DNA from: an uncultured Fimbriimonadales bacterium
GTDB lineage: Bacteria > Armatimonadota > Fimbriimonadia > Fimbriimonadales > ATM1
Length of the DNA: 64,000 nucleotides
Assembly (NCBI GenBank): GCA_964631245.1
Contig: CAZVXY010000005.1
Coordinates: 105,497-169,496, forward strand
Direction of reading: 5' to 3'
The position numbers and the translations under genes are program-made. The notes under the pieces were generated by a model. It ran no database searches and had not been told where the DNA came from. It was given only the letters and a program-made list of their open reading frames with translations. Shown in pieces: positions 42,825 to 51,990 of this stretch. Positions within the stretch are counted from its first letter, which is position 1; every line of letters starts with the position of its first letter.

Positions 42825-43253
42825 CTATTCTGCCTTAGTGACCGTGATTCGGCGCGCCCGAGAGGACTCCGCCTTGGGCACGCGGACGGTCAGAGTCCCG
42901 TCCTTGTACGTGGCGGTGATTTTGTCACTCTCCACGGGCACACCTACGGTGAAGGAGCGCTGGAAGGTCCCGTAGCTACGCTCTATCCGAATGTAGTTGT
43001 CGCGCTCCTCCTTTTCCTCAAACTCGCGCTTACCCCGGATGGTGAGGACATCTCCGGCGAATTCCACCTCAATGTCCTCTTCTTTCACTCCTGGGACGTC
43101 CACGAAGAACGTGAGAGCGTCCTCCGTCTCCTTTACGTCCACGTGGGGACGCCAGCCGGAGCGGAGTTCTTCGTCCTCCCAGAGTTCATCCAGGAGACGC
43201 GCAAGTCGGTCAAAGGCTCGGATCGGACTCCGAATGTCTCGTCGTGTGATCAT
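42825..43253 (-). CDS. Hsp20/alpha-crystallin small heat-shock protein
   Basis: Alpha-crystallin domain ([27 protein letters not shown]...GTLTVRVPK). The ATG at 43253 is preceded by AAGGAGG 7 nt upstream and is preferred over the track start at 43322. Confidence 0.9.
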   Translation of the reverse strand: MITRRDIRSPIRAFDRLARLLDELWEDEELRSGWRPHVDVKETEDALTFFVDVPGVKEEDIEVEFAGDVLTIRGKREFEEKEERDNYIRIERSYGTFQRSFTVGVPVESDKITATYKDGTLTVRVPKAESSRARRITVTKAE

Positions 43254-43314
43254 AGGTTTCACCTCCTTGCTGTGATTTTTAGGTGTAGAAACTGGCTTGT
43301 CTATGACGTAGATC

Positions 43315-45216
43315 TTAGGCATCCTTTTGCTCCTTGTATTCTGCGTCTATGACTTCTCCTTCTGAGGTTGTCGCCCCCACGGTCTCTTCGCCTGAGGCAC
43401 TTCTGCCTGCAGTGGCACGCTCGTACAGGCGTTGAGCCAGGTGGTGCTGTTCCCTCTCCAGTTCCGCCTGGCATCTCTGGATTTCGGGCAAGTCATCCCC
43501 CGCGACCGCTTTGCGCAAGGCGTCCACCTTTTCCTGGATGCTTCGGCGCTCTTCCTCGCTCAATTGGTCCCCGAGGTCATGGAGTTGACGCTCTACCGCA
43601 TAAGCCAGCGAGTCCGCCTGGTTTTTGAGTTCCTGGGCTTCTTTGAACTTGCGGTCCTCTTCCGCATAGCGCTGAGCCTCGGTGACCATACGCTCTATTT
43701 CTTCTCGGGACAGGTTCCCGGAGCCGGTGATGGTGATCGCTTGCTGTTTGCCTGTGGCGAGGTCCTTGGCAGTGACGTTCAGGATGCCATTGGCATCAAT
43801 GTCAAATGTCACCTCAATCTGTGGAACCCCACGGGGGGCAGGGGGAATCCCTACCAGGTGGAATCGCCCCAGCGAGCGGTTGTCCGCTGCCCGGGACCTC
43901 TCTCCCTGAAGCACGTGGATGTCTACCTGGGTTTGGTTGTCCTGAGCGGTGGTGTAAATCCGACTTTTCCTGGTGGGGATGGTGGTGTTTCGCTCAATGA
44001 GGATGTCGGTGATGCCCCCTAAGGTCTCCACGCCGAGGCTGAGCGGGGTGACGTCCAGGAGCACGATGTCTCGCACCTCACCTCCGAGAACGCCTGCTTG
44101 AATCGCAGCCCCAACCGCCACCACCTCATCGGGATTGACGCCACGATGGGGTTCTTTGCCCGTCAGGTGCTTGACTAATTCCTGAATCATTGGCATCCGC
44201 GTCGCACCCCCAACCAGGATGACCTCGTGGATGTCCGAAGCCTTGAGTTTGGCGTCCTTCAGGGCTTGCTCAAAAGGTCCCCTGCAACGCTCTAAGAGGT
44301 CTCGGGTCATCTCTTCAAAGCGAGCCCGTGTGAGGGAGTAATCCAGGTGGCGCGGCTCGTTGTCCACTGCGGTGATATAGGGAAGGCTGATCTGAGTGCT
44401 AAGTTGATTGGAGAGTTCAATTTTGGCTTTTTCCGCCGCCTCGCGAAGGCGCTGAAGGGCGGAGCGGTCTTTTCGCAAATCCACCCCGTGATCTTTCTTG
44501 AATTCGTCCGCCAGCCAATTTACAATGCGGGCATCCCAGTCATCGCCCCCCAGGTGGGTATCCCCGGATGTGGAGCGAACTTCAAACACCCCCTCTCCCA
44601 CATCCAGGATGGAGACGTCAAACGTCCCCCCTCCCAGGTCAAAAACCAGGATGGTCTCGTTCGTTTTCTTATCTAGCCCGTAGGCGAGGGAGGCAGCGGT
44701 TGGCTCATTGATGATTCGCAAAACCTCCAAGCCCGCTATCTCCCCTGCGTTTTTGGTCGCGGTGCGCTGGGCATCGTCAAAATAGGCGGGCACCGTAATG
44801 ACTGCTTTGGTAACCTTTTCCCCCAGATAAGCCTCAGCGTCCGCTTTCAACTTCTGAAGAATCATTGCGGAAATCTCCTCGGGGGTGAAGGTCTTGTCTA
44901 CCGCAGGGATGTAAACTGCCGCATTCCCCTTGGAGTCTGCGACCACCTTGTAGGGCACCCGCTTCGCTTCCTCCTGCACATCCGCAAATTTGCGCCCCAT
45001 AAACCGTTTGATAGAAAAAACCGTATTCTCAGGGTTCATAACCGCCTGGCGCTTTGCGGTAACCCCCACCAGGCGTTCCCCGTTGGGTTTGAAAGCCACC
45101 ACGCTCGGGCAGATATTTGCTCCTTCCGCGGTATGGATCACGATGGGTTCGCCTCCTTCCATTACCGCAACCACCGAGTTGGTGGTACCAAGGTCAATTC
45201 CTACAACTTTAGACAT
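43315..45216 (-). CDS. dnaK: molecular chaperone DnaK
   Basis: 633 aa. [28 protein letters not shown] Hsp70 signatures. GAAGGAGG SD. Confidence 0.98.
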   Translation of the reverse strand: MSKVVGIDLGTTNSVVAVMEGGEPIVIHTAEGANICPSVVAFKPNGERLVGVTAKRQAVMNPENTVFSIKRFMGRKFADVQEEAKRVPYKVVADSKGNAAVYIPAVDKTFTPEEISAMILQKLKADAEAYLGEKVTKAVITVPAYFDDAQRTATKNAGEIAGLEVLRIINEPTAASLAYGLDKKTNETILVFDLGGGTFDVSILDVGEGVFEVRSTSGDTHLGGDDWDARIVNWLADEFKKDHGVDLRKDRSALQRLREAAEKAKIELSNQLSTQISLPYITAVDNEPRHLDYSLTRARFEEMTRDLLERCRGPFEQALKDAKLKASDIHEVILVGGATRMPMIQELVKHLTGKEPHRGVNPDEVVAVGAAIQAGVLGGEVRDIVLLDVTPLSLGVETLGGITDILIERNTTIPTRKSRIYTTAQDNQTQVDIHVLQGERSRAADNRSLGRFHLVGIPPAPRGVPQIEVTFDIDANGILNVTAKDLATGKQQAITITGSGNLSREEIERMVTEAQRYAEEDRKFKEAQELKNQADSLAYAVERQLHDLGDQLSEEERRSIQEKVDALRKAVAGDDLPEIQRCQAELEREQHHLAQRLYERATAGRSASGEETVGATTSEGEVIDAEYKEQKDA

Positions 45217-45254
45217 CGATCTCCTCCTTCAAATTCTTTTTAGTGTCCTTTATT

Positions 45255-45297
45255 CACTCTTTTTGAGTGTCTTTCTATCAATTCTTACGTCATTATA
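45255..45297 (-). promoter_or_regulatory. putative dnaK promoter -10 box plus HAIR-like HspR operator
   Basis: On the minus strand, TATAAT lies at 45292-45297. Downstream sits TTGATA-N7-ACTCAA (45263-45281), compared with the HAIR consensus TTGAGT-N7-ACTCAA. It overlaps a CACTC-N5-GAGTG palindrome at 45255-45269. Confidence 0.4.
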
Positions 45298-45373
45298 CTC
45301 GGTTGCGTTGCAGAAATCTGGAGGCCTTGCCTTGTAAACATTCCGGGTCGCCCCTCCGAAAATCGGTTATGGA

Positions 45374-46426
45374 ATGTCCCTCCATCGGCTTAGCTGGTTC
45401 GCCTTGCTTTCCCCCGTCCTTTTTCTTGCCTGGATAGCCTATGCTGCCCGCGTGGGTCCTATTGGGTGGGGAACCTTTTCTCCTGACCCTCCAGGGTACC
45501 GGGAGAAGTTAGAAGCCTATGTGCCCCTTATTCGGGCTTCTCGCAACCTTGCTCACGCCAAGGAGCCTCACGAACGCCTGCGTTTCTTCAGGGAGGTTAT
45601 GGCTTCCTCCAGCCCTGCACTCCCTGTCCCAGAAGCCGTGGAATTGGGGCTCAGTGCCGGTGAAGACGCTCGCCGACCCATTGTCCTTGCCCGTGATGGG
45701 GCTATCCGGGAAGTGGTTCGGGAGTTGGAGTTCGCCCTCGCCCGGAAAGACTATGAGTCAGCGGGGCGATATGCGGTGGGATATGTGCGCCTCGCCTGGG
45801 TGCTTCGTTATGGTGACCCAACTGCTCTGATGATTAGCAATCTCAACCTCAATTCCGCAAGGCGATACCTGGAAGAGGTGCTCCCTCACCTGGGTCCTGA
45901 AACCCTCGGGTTCATCACAGATGCCCTGATAGAGATGGAGGGAAATAGAAAATCCCTCATTCACTTAATCCGGCGGGATCTGAGCCTTTTAGAAGACGCC
46001 CTCATATCCCTCAAAGCCACCCCCTACTATCAGGAAGCCCTGATATTAGCCTCCACGGCTATGAGGAGGGCTTCCCATGGCGATTCATTAGACCCCGTTA
46101 TGGACATCGTGGCTCGCAGGCTGGAGGGGAAGGCGCGATACTATTTGTGGACTGCTCTTTCGTCCTGGCGAACCGCGATAGAAGCAGAGGTTGCCAATCA
46201 ACGCTCCTTCCGCTCCCTGCTGGCTCAGGCTCGCTTCTTGGAGATTAAAAAGAAGGGACTGAAGGCAGAGGACTTTTACGAATTGGGACTGCCCAGGTTT
46301 GCTCGTATAGACCCCGTGACGGGAGAGCCTGCCCCACTGCAAATCACATCCACGGGCGCCCGCTTCCTTTTCGTGACTGAGGGTCTCCCCAAGTTAGTGT
46401 TGGAGGACCGCTCACCGAATCCGTAG
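45374..46426 (+). CDS. hypothetical membrane-anchored, alpha-helical protein
   Basis: 350 aa. N-terminal anchor WFALLSPVLFLAWIAYA. No recognised domains. Its 3' end overlaps the anti-sigma gene convergently by 15 nt. Confidence 0.55.
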   Translation: MSLHRLSWFALLSPVLFLAWIAYAARVGPIGWGTFSPDPPGYREKLEAYVPLIRASRNLAHAKEPHERLRFFREVMASSSPALPVPEAVELGLSAGEDARRPIVLARDGAIREVVRELEFALARKDYESAGRYAVGYVRLAWVLRYGDPTALMISNLNLNSARRYLEEVLPHLGPETLGFITDALIEMEGNRKSLIHLIRRDLSLLEDALISLKATPYYQEALILASTAMRRASHGDSLDPVMDIVARRLEGKARYYLWTALSSWRTAIEAEVANQRSFRSLLAQARFLEIKKKGLKAEDFYELGLPRFARIDPVTGEPAPLQITSTGARFLFVTEGLPKLVLEDRSPNP

Positions 46427-47299
46427 TATCCCGCCCTGCAGGCTGGAGGTATAGGGCGTGCCTTTCAAGAAAAAGCGGGCGGAATCCTCGGCTGAGGGAA
46501 CGGAGGGGTCAAAGACTAAACCGGGCACATCGGCACCGATGAGTGCATCTATGGGCACCCCGTAGGCTTCGGCGAGTGCCTTCAATCCGCTCACCAGGCT
46601 GGTGGAGGCTTTTTGCGACGTTTTTGTACCCTTAGCAGGAACAACTATGAGGGAGACCCGCCCTGGGATGTTCGTCGCCATCCAGTAAAGGGCGGTACCC
46701 TGCGAAGGGAGAGGTGGCTCCACAGTGTAAGAGAAACTCTCCCCTGAAGGAACCCTTTTTTGATGAAGCAGGCGAGCATCCCTGGGGGGCAGGGAAGAAA
46801 GGTCGCTCCCCCCCTGGAAAACCTTTATCTCCATATCCTCATAAGCCTTCACTTCCACTGCCACCCGTCCCTGGGAGTCAAGGGAGACGACAGGGGGAGC
46901 AGGAAGAATCGGGCTGGAAAAGGAAGGCAGGAGGCTGGCTTGGTGCTTCCCGCCGGGCAGGAATTCGCGGACTAATAGCCCGGTTACCACCAGGGCAACA
47001 AGCCCCCCCAGGGCTAAAGCAAACTTGAATCTCTGGAGGCGCGTCCGAGGACGTAAGGCTTCTTTTTGAGCCCAAATAGCCCGTTCTACATCCCCCATAA
47101 TGCGCTCGTGGAGGGAAGGGGGTGCTTCCACAGGAGGAAGTGCGGAGAGCGAGGAGTAAAGGGCGGAGAACTCCTGGAAGTCAGCCTCACACTGGGCGCA
47201 ATTGTCCAGGTGCCGGCGTACCGCCTCTCCCAAGCCGGGAGAAAGCGTGCCTTCGTGAAGCCCGCTGAAGAGTTCCTTCGCTCGGTCGCAGTTCATCAT
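46412..47299 (-). CDS. anti-sigma factor (zf-HC2 type) with one transmembrane helix
   Basis: 295 aa. RRHLDNCAQCEADF (HxxxCxxC). Central TM FALALGGLVALVVTGLLV. Directly downstream of the ECF sigma gene. Confidence 0.75.
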   Translation of the reverse strand: MMNCDRAKELFSGLHEGTLSPGLGEAVRRHLDNCAQCEADFQEFSALYSSLSALPPVEAPPSLHERIMGDVERAIWAQKEALRPRTRLQRFKFALALGGLVALVVTGLLVREFLPGGKHQASLLPSFSSPILPAPPVVSLDSQGRVAVEVKAYEDMEIKVFQGGSDLSSLPPRDARLLHQKRVPSGESFSYTVEPPLPSQGTALYWMATNIPGRVSLIVVPAKGTKTSQKASTSLVSGLKALAEAYGVPIDALIGADVPGLVFDPSVPSAEDSARFFLKGTPYTSSLQGGILRIR

Positions 47300-47327
47300 C
47301 TCAGATTATCCCGTTGATTTGACATCA

Positions 47328-47924
47328 CTATGGGAAAAAAAGTTCCCTGTGGGAGGACAGGATTTCTCGCAGGTTCAGCCGAGCCCTGTTAAGCCGACTT
47401 TTGACGGTCCCCACAGGGATACCGAGGGCATCCGCAATTTCCTCGTACTTGAGGTCTTGGATATGATACATTACTATAATAATCCGTTGGTCGTGAGGTA
47501 GCTGGAGGATGGCTCTCTGCAGGAGCCTGCTTCGCTGTTCCTTTTCCAGGATAGCATCGGGCGTGGGGTCGGACGAGGCGCGTTCTTTTTTGGGCGCACC
47601 TTCCAGGGATCCTTCCCCCAGGGCTTCTAAACTTTCGGCGGTCTGCCTTTTTGCTTGTTTACAATAGTCATAAAACCCATTAAGGAGAATACGAGTGAGC
47701 CACGTTTTGAAAAGGCTTTCCCGACGAAAGGTCTGGATGTGGGTGAATGCCCGGACGAAGGTATCGGAGGTCAGGTCTTCAGCCAGGTTTGCATCCCCAC
47801 ACAGGCGGAACGCAAACTGATAAATGTATCTTTCGTACTTTCGCACCAGGGCATCCATTGCGTCCCGGTCTCCTTTTTGGGAGCGTAGGATGAGTAAGGA
47901 CTCTTCCGCATCCGCACTGCTCAT
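47328..47924 (-). CDS. ECF-type RNA polymerase sigma-70 family factor
   Basis: 198 aa. Region 2 (YIYQFAFRLCGD...AEDLTSDTFVRAF) and region 4 HTH (YEEIADALGIPVGTVKSRLNRAR). Confidence 0.9.
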   Translation of the reverse strand: MSSADAEESLLILRSQKGDRDAMDALVRKYERYIYQFAFRLCGDANLAEDLTSDTFVRAFTHIQTFRRESLFKTWLTRILLNGFYDYCKQAKRQTAESLEALGEGSLEGAPKKERASSDPTPDAILEKEQRSRLLQRAILQLPHDQRIIIVMYHIQDLKYEEIADALGIPVGTVKSRLNRARLNLREILSSHRELFFP

Positions 47925-48409
47925 AGGCGTTCCTGACTATGAAACTGACGGGCTCGTCTGATGGCTTCTTCTTCTTCCGGGGTCAGGCTTTGGGGGGAGC
48001 GTCCCTTTCGGGTCTCTTTGCAGTACATTCTGCTTTGCTCCCTTCCCGTGATAGAGTGGAGAACGACTCCATCCCCCGTTTCGCTCTGGAGGGCGAGGGC
48101 GAAACTTTGATGCCCCCCTATGTCCTCAAACGCATCATAGCGAACCAGCCCCACCGCGGAGACCGCTTGAAGGGCATACTTTTCCAGGTCCTCCACTCGC
48201 TTCACGGTTTCACAAAGCCCTTTTTCCAGCAGTTCTTTCCCTTTGAGATGCTCCTGCAAGAGTTCCTCCAGGGTCGCTTTGCCTGTGGTTTTCAAGGCGG
48301 ACCGGAGAGAAGCGAGGTACCTACGGGTGCTAATCCAGAGCCCTAACATAAAAAGCCAGGTGATGCCGATCAAGCCGTAGAGAAGAAAAGTTTCCGTTTG
48401 AGTTATCAT
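47921..48409 (-). CDS. DUF4446-like membrane-anchored protein
   Basis: 162 aa. N-terminal TM, then VGLVRYDAFEDIGGHQSFALALQSETGDGVVLHSITGRE, which I recall as the DUF4446 core. Overlaps the sigma gene by 4 nt. Confidence 0.65.
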   Translation of the reverse strand: MITQTETFLLYGLIGITWLFMLGLWISTRRYLASLRSALKTTGKATLEELLQEHLKGKELLEKGLCETVKRVEDLEKYALQAVSAVGLVRYDAFEDIGGHQSFALALQSETGDGVVLHSITGREQSRMYCKETRKGRSPQSLTPEEEEAIRRARQFHSQERL

Positions 48410-48450
48410 AGGGGTTCACAGCCTTCCTTTGATGGGTGAGCCACTGTAAT

Positions 48451-48459
48451 ATTCTACCA
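48451..48459 (-). promoter_or_regulatory. putative extended -10 promoter element for the DUF4446-sigma-anti-sigma operon
   Basis: The minus strand reads TGgTAGAAT (TGnTAnAAT) about 42 nt upstream of the ATG at 48409. AAAGGAAGG SD lies downstream. Confidence 0.3.
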
Positions 48460-48472
48460 ACAATACTCACTG

Positions 48473-48970
48473 ATGGCGAAAATGAGACTTTCTGAGGAGC
48501 GCGTGGTTGCCCTGAGCGACTCCTGGCGAGGCAAGTCCCCCAAGCCATATGCCAAAAACCTCTTTTTGTTCGTGGGGCTGTTGGTATTCCTTTTCTTGGT
48601 GTTTTTTTTCTTCAATTTCCAGCAAGTGGTAGTTACGGGCTCTTCTATGGAGCCCACTTTCCATAATGGGCAGAGGGTGTTGGTTGCCAAGGCGCTCTGG
48701 CTGGTGGGACCTATTCGGAGGGGCGATGTGGTAGTGATTCGGGGTGATCAACCCGGTGAGTACTGGATAAAGAGGGTGGTGTGGTTGGAAGGAGATGTGG
48801 TGGATGTGACAAAACAGCCTTATTATTGGGACTTTTTGTCAGGTCCATATCGGGTACCCCGAGGGCATATTTATGTGCTGGGAGATAATCTTTCCGAGAG
48901 TGAGGACAGCAGGACCTGGGGTGCTCTCCCCTTGAGTCGGGTTTTGGGGAAAGTGATGGCAGGGGGATGA
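48473..48970 (+). CDS. lepB: signal peptidase I
   Basis: 165 aa. N-terminal TM. Catalytic Ser box GSSMEPT, RGDVVV, and box E GDNLSESEDSR. Confidence 0.9.
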   Translation: MAKMRLSEERVVALSDSWRGKSPKPYAKNLFLFVGLLVFLFLVFFFFNFQQVVVTGSSMEPTFHNGQRVLVAKALWLVGPIRRGDVVVIRGDQPGEYWIKRVVWLEGDVVDVTKQPYYWDFLSGPYRVPRGHIYVLGDNLSESEDSRTWGALPLSRVLGKVMAGG

Positions 48971-49410
48971 GGGAGTTTCCCGTCACGGAGATTGAGGGGT
49001 GGGCGGTAACCTTTGTGTTGACCCCTGAGGTTCCTGAGCGCCCGGCGTATGTATTGGTTATCCTTTGTAGGGAAGGGGAGGTCCTTTTGGTGGATTCCCC
49101 ATCCCTGGGCTGGTCCATCCCCGGGGGGAGAGTGGAAGAGGGGGAGAGTGCCCTGGAAGCGGTGGTTAGGGAATTGCGAGAAGAGGCAGGTGCGGTGCCA
49201 GAAGGGCTTATGCCCCTGGGCTACTATGTTTTTCGGAAGGGGGAAGAGTTTTTCCAGGTGAGCGTATTTGTAGCTCGCGCTCAGGAGGTGCAGGGAGGAG
49301 AACTGGCGAGGAAATGGGTTAGATGGGATGACCTGAAGGAGGAATACTACACGTGGAATGAATTGTTTGAGACGGTTTTCCAGTCGGCGAAGGAGAAATG
49401 CCCCATTTAG
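48967..49410 (+). CDS. NUDIX hydrolase
   Basis: 147 aa. Nudix box GGRVEEGESALEAVVRELREEAG. The start overlaps the lepB stop. Confidence 0.88.
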   Translation: MREFPVTEIEGWAVTFVLTPEVPERPAYVLVILCREGEVLLVDSPSLGWSIPGGRVEEGESALEAVVRELREEAGAVPEGLMPLGYYVFRKGEEFFQVSVFVARAQEVQGGELARKWVRWDDLKEEYYTWNELFETVFQSAKEKCPI

Positions 49411-49548
49411 GGTGAGGAGCAGAGGGAGCTTAAAGTCCTGGATACCCAGCGGGCGGTCTATGGTTTTCTTTTGGGGAGGGGGAAAGCCTTCGGAGAGGGC
49501 TGGCTTTGGGAGTCGCCCACGGGGGCTATAATATTTTAAGGTGTGCCT

Positions 49549-50760
49549 ATGAGGACTTTCACTTATGTGGCAGTTGACCCCAACGGAACACGTTTGACGG
49601 GGCTTGTGGAGGCGGATTCCCCTGTGCAGGCACGGGATCGCTTGGTGAAACTCGGTTACAAGGTGCTTTCTGTTCAAGAAGGGGTGGCGCAATCTCCGAG
49701 GGATCGCTCGCCTCTGGTGAAGGCTGTTTTCGCTCCTTTGGTGGGCAGGGTCAACTATGAGTCTCTTTTGAACTTTTTCCTTCAGTTAGAGGCGATGCAT
49801 CGGGCGGGTGTGTTGCTGGTACGTGCGCTGGAGACATTGGGGAACCAAACCAGGCACCCCAAGTTGCGAGTGGTTATCCGGGAGATGCGGGCTGGGGTGT
49901 TAGAGGGGCGTCCCTTATCCGAGACAATGGAGAAATATCCTGAGGTTTTTTCGCCCTTGCAGGTGAATTTAGTTCGTGTTGGGGAGGAAGGGGGGATGTT
50001 AGACCGGAGTTTGCGCTTGATCTGCGATTATCTTTCCCACGAGATTGCCATTCGCAACGTGATTAGGGCTGGGACATTTTATCCGAAGTTTGTAGTGGGT
50101 TTTTCCATCGTGCTCGTTCTTGCGGCGAACAGTTTGATTTCCCTCATCTCTGCGAAGACGGGTGGTCCTGCGTTTTTGTTGTATAACCCCCTGTTGGACT
50201 CAGATGTGTTAATATGGTTGATACCCATTTTAGTTTTCCTGGTGTTGTTTGTGCGCGTGGGTCTCCAGAATCCTCGCATCCGTATGATGTGGGATTGGTT
50301 CTGGCTGAAGGTGCCCTATGTGGGCGGTACGCTGAAGATGCTTGCGATGGCGAAGTTTGGTCGGGCGCTATCGGCTCTTTATTCGGGTGGAGTTCCCCTT
50401 GCGAAGGCGCTTGTCCTTTCCGCAGATTCCTGTGGGAACGAATATATTCGTTGGAACATCCATCCTGCAGCGATTAACATTCAGGAGGGGAAGGGCATTG
50501 CGGAGTCTCTGGCGCGCACGGGGGTCTTTTCGCAGATGGCATTGGATATGTGCGCCACGGGAGAGGAGACGGGAAACCTGGATTCTATGTGGCGGCACGT
50601 AGCTGATATGTATGAAAGCGAAGCCCGTGTGAGGGTGAAGAAGAGCACGTATGTGCTTTTGGTGGCGGTTTTTTTAGTCATCGCCGCTCTGGTGTTTTAC
50701 ATTTTGTTGTCGTTTTACACGGGGTATCTGCAGTTCATTTTCTCCGCAGGGGCAGAATAA
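49549..50760 (+). CDS. type II secretion / type IV pilus platform protein (GspF/PilC family)
   Basis: About 403 aa. Duplicated T2SSF domains, each followed by TM helices (e.g. GRPLSETMEKYPEVFSPLQVNLVRVGEEGG and GKGIAESLARTGVFSQMALDMCATGEETG). Confidence 0.85.
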   Translation: MRTFTYVAVDPNGTRLTGLVEADSPVQARDRLVKLGYKVLSVQEGVAQSPRDRSPLVKAVFAPLVGRVNYESLLNFFLQLEAMHRAGVLLVRALETLGNQTRHPKLRVVIREMRAGVLEGRPLSETMEKYPEVFSPLQVNLVRVGEEGGMLDRSLRLICDYLSHEIAIRNVIRAGTFYPKFVVGFSIVLVLAANSLISLISAKTGGPAFLLYNPLLDSDVLIWLIPILVFLVLFVRVGLQNPRIRMMWDWFWLKVPYVGGTLKMLAMAKFGRALSALYSGGVPLAKALVLSADSCGNEYIRWNIHPAAINIQEGKGIAESLARTGVFSQMALDMCATGEETGNLDSMWRHVADMYESEARVRVKKSTYVLLVAVFLVIAALVFYILLSFYTGYLQFIFSAGAE

Positions 50761-50793
50761 CTTTGTGAAACTCTCCCGGAGTGATTGTTCAGG

Positions 50794-51894
50794 ATGAGAG
50801 AGCAGACTCACTATGAAGTGCTGGGCGTGAGTGAGGGCGCCAGTTTAGAGGAGATACGCCGTGCGTATCGGCGGTTGGTCCTCAAACTTCATCCCGACCG
50901 CACCCGGAATCCCAAAACCACGGAGAGGTTTTTACAGGTAACGGAGGCTTATCGTGTGCTTTCGGACAGGGAGAGGCGTGCCCATTATGATGCCACTCTT
51001 CGGCTGAAGAGGGAAAGCGCCTCCGGCGTTTCCCGTGGGGTGGAAGGTAGGACATCCGCCCCTTCGTCTTCCGGAAGCGGAGGTTCGCCTTCGGGCACGG
51101 CTCGCGCCCCGGATGCTTATGCGTGGGTTTCTCGTGCCGCTTCTTTGTTGGCGCAGGGAAAATATGACCAGGCGTTCTCTCTGGCGAATGAAGCCATCAA
51201 GCAAAATCCCCGGCTCGCTTTGGGTTATGCGGTGTTAGGGGATATTGCCCGGTTACGGCAGAATTTTGCGGAAGCCTTGAAGTATTACGCTTATGCGATC
51301 CAGCTGGAGCCGAAGAACCCGACGTTTCAGAGGAGATACGAGCAGGTTCTGGCGCAAATAGGAGGGATTAATTTACGGGGGGAAGTTTCTCCCGCGCCGA
51401 TGCGCTGGGCGCCCGGGATTTTTGTTGGGGTCATCACCGTGTTGATGTTTCTCTACGTGGCGGTGGCGAGGGAGTCACCGGTGATGGAGAACCTGGCACC
51501 TATCAGCACCTGGACCACAGGGCTTATCGTGATGATGTTTGTCAACGGGGTGATGGTGGGAGCAGGGCTTGCCTTGATGCAAGCCATAGACCGTTGGGAG
51601 AGCGTGGCGCGGGGAAGCAGCGGTCGGCTTTCTCCCGCGGTGGCTCTTGGGGCAATCGCAGTGGTGAATTTCTGGTCCGCAGTGCTCACTTACGTGTATC
51701 TTGGCTTGGTGCAGAAGAATTTCACTTATAGCATCAGCCGTCTTCTCACGGCGGTGGGGATTCTCGTTATCCTCTACACTTTTGCCTCTCTCCTTTCGCC
51801 CACGTTGCTCTGGCATCAGACTTTATTGTGGGGGGGGAATCTCATCTACGTAGGTGCTTTGTGTGGTTGGGCAGTTGCGGACGCCTTTCGGTAA
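50794..51894 (+). CDS. J-domain protein with TPR region and a C-terminal polytopic membrane domain
   Basis: HYEVLGV...LKLHPDRT J domain, a Ser/Gly linker, TPR-like repeats, then about 4 TM helices. The ATG at 50794 is preferred over TTG at 50785. Confidence 0.8.
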   Translation: MREQTHYEVLGVSEGASLEEIRRAYRRLVLKLHPDRTRNPKTTERFLQVTEAYRVLSDRERRAHYDATLRLKRESASGVSRGVEGRTSAPSSSGSGGSPSGTARAPDAYAWVSRAASLLAQGKYDQAFSLANEAIKQNPRLALGYAVLGDIARLRQNFAEALKYYAYAIQLEPKNPTFQRRYEQVLAQIGGINLRGEVSPAPMRWAPGIFVGVITVLMFLYVAVARESPVMENLAPISTWTTGLIVMMFVNGVMVGAGLALMQAIDRWESVARGSSGRLSPAVALGAIAVVNFWSAVLTYVYLGLVQKNFTYSISRLLTAVGILVILYTFASLLSPTLLWHQTLLWGGNLIYVGALCGWAVADAFR

Positions 51895-51990
51895 AACTTA
51901 AGGGAGTTCGTTCTGTGTTTTATCCCAGCCTTTTGTGGGGTGTGGAAAACTGTTTGCGTTTAGATTATTTTCGGGTAAAGTTAGACGATT

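Noticed and set aside
48871-49692. 273-aa minus-strand ORF across lepB, the NUDIX gene and the pilC 5' end
   Set aside because: It overlaps three plus-strand genes that carry clear catalytic motifs. Its composition is Pro/Leu/Arg-rich with no domain signature.
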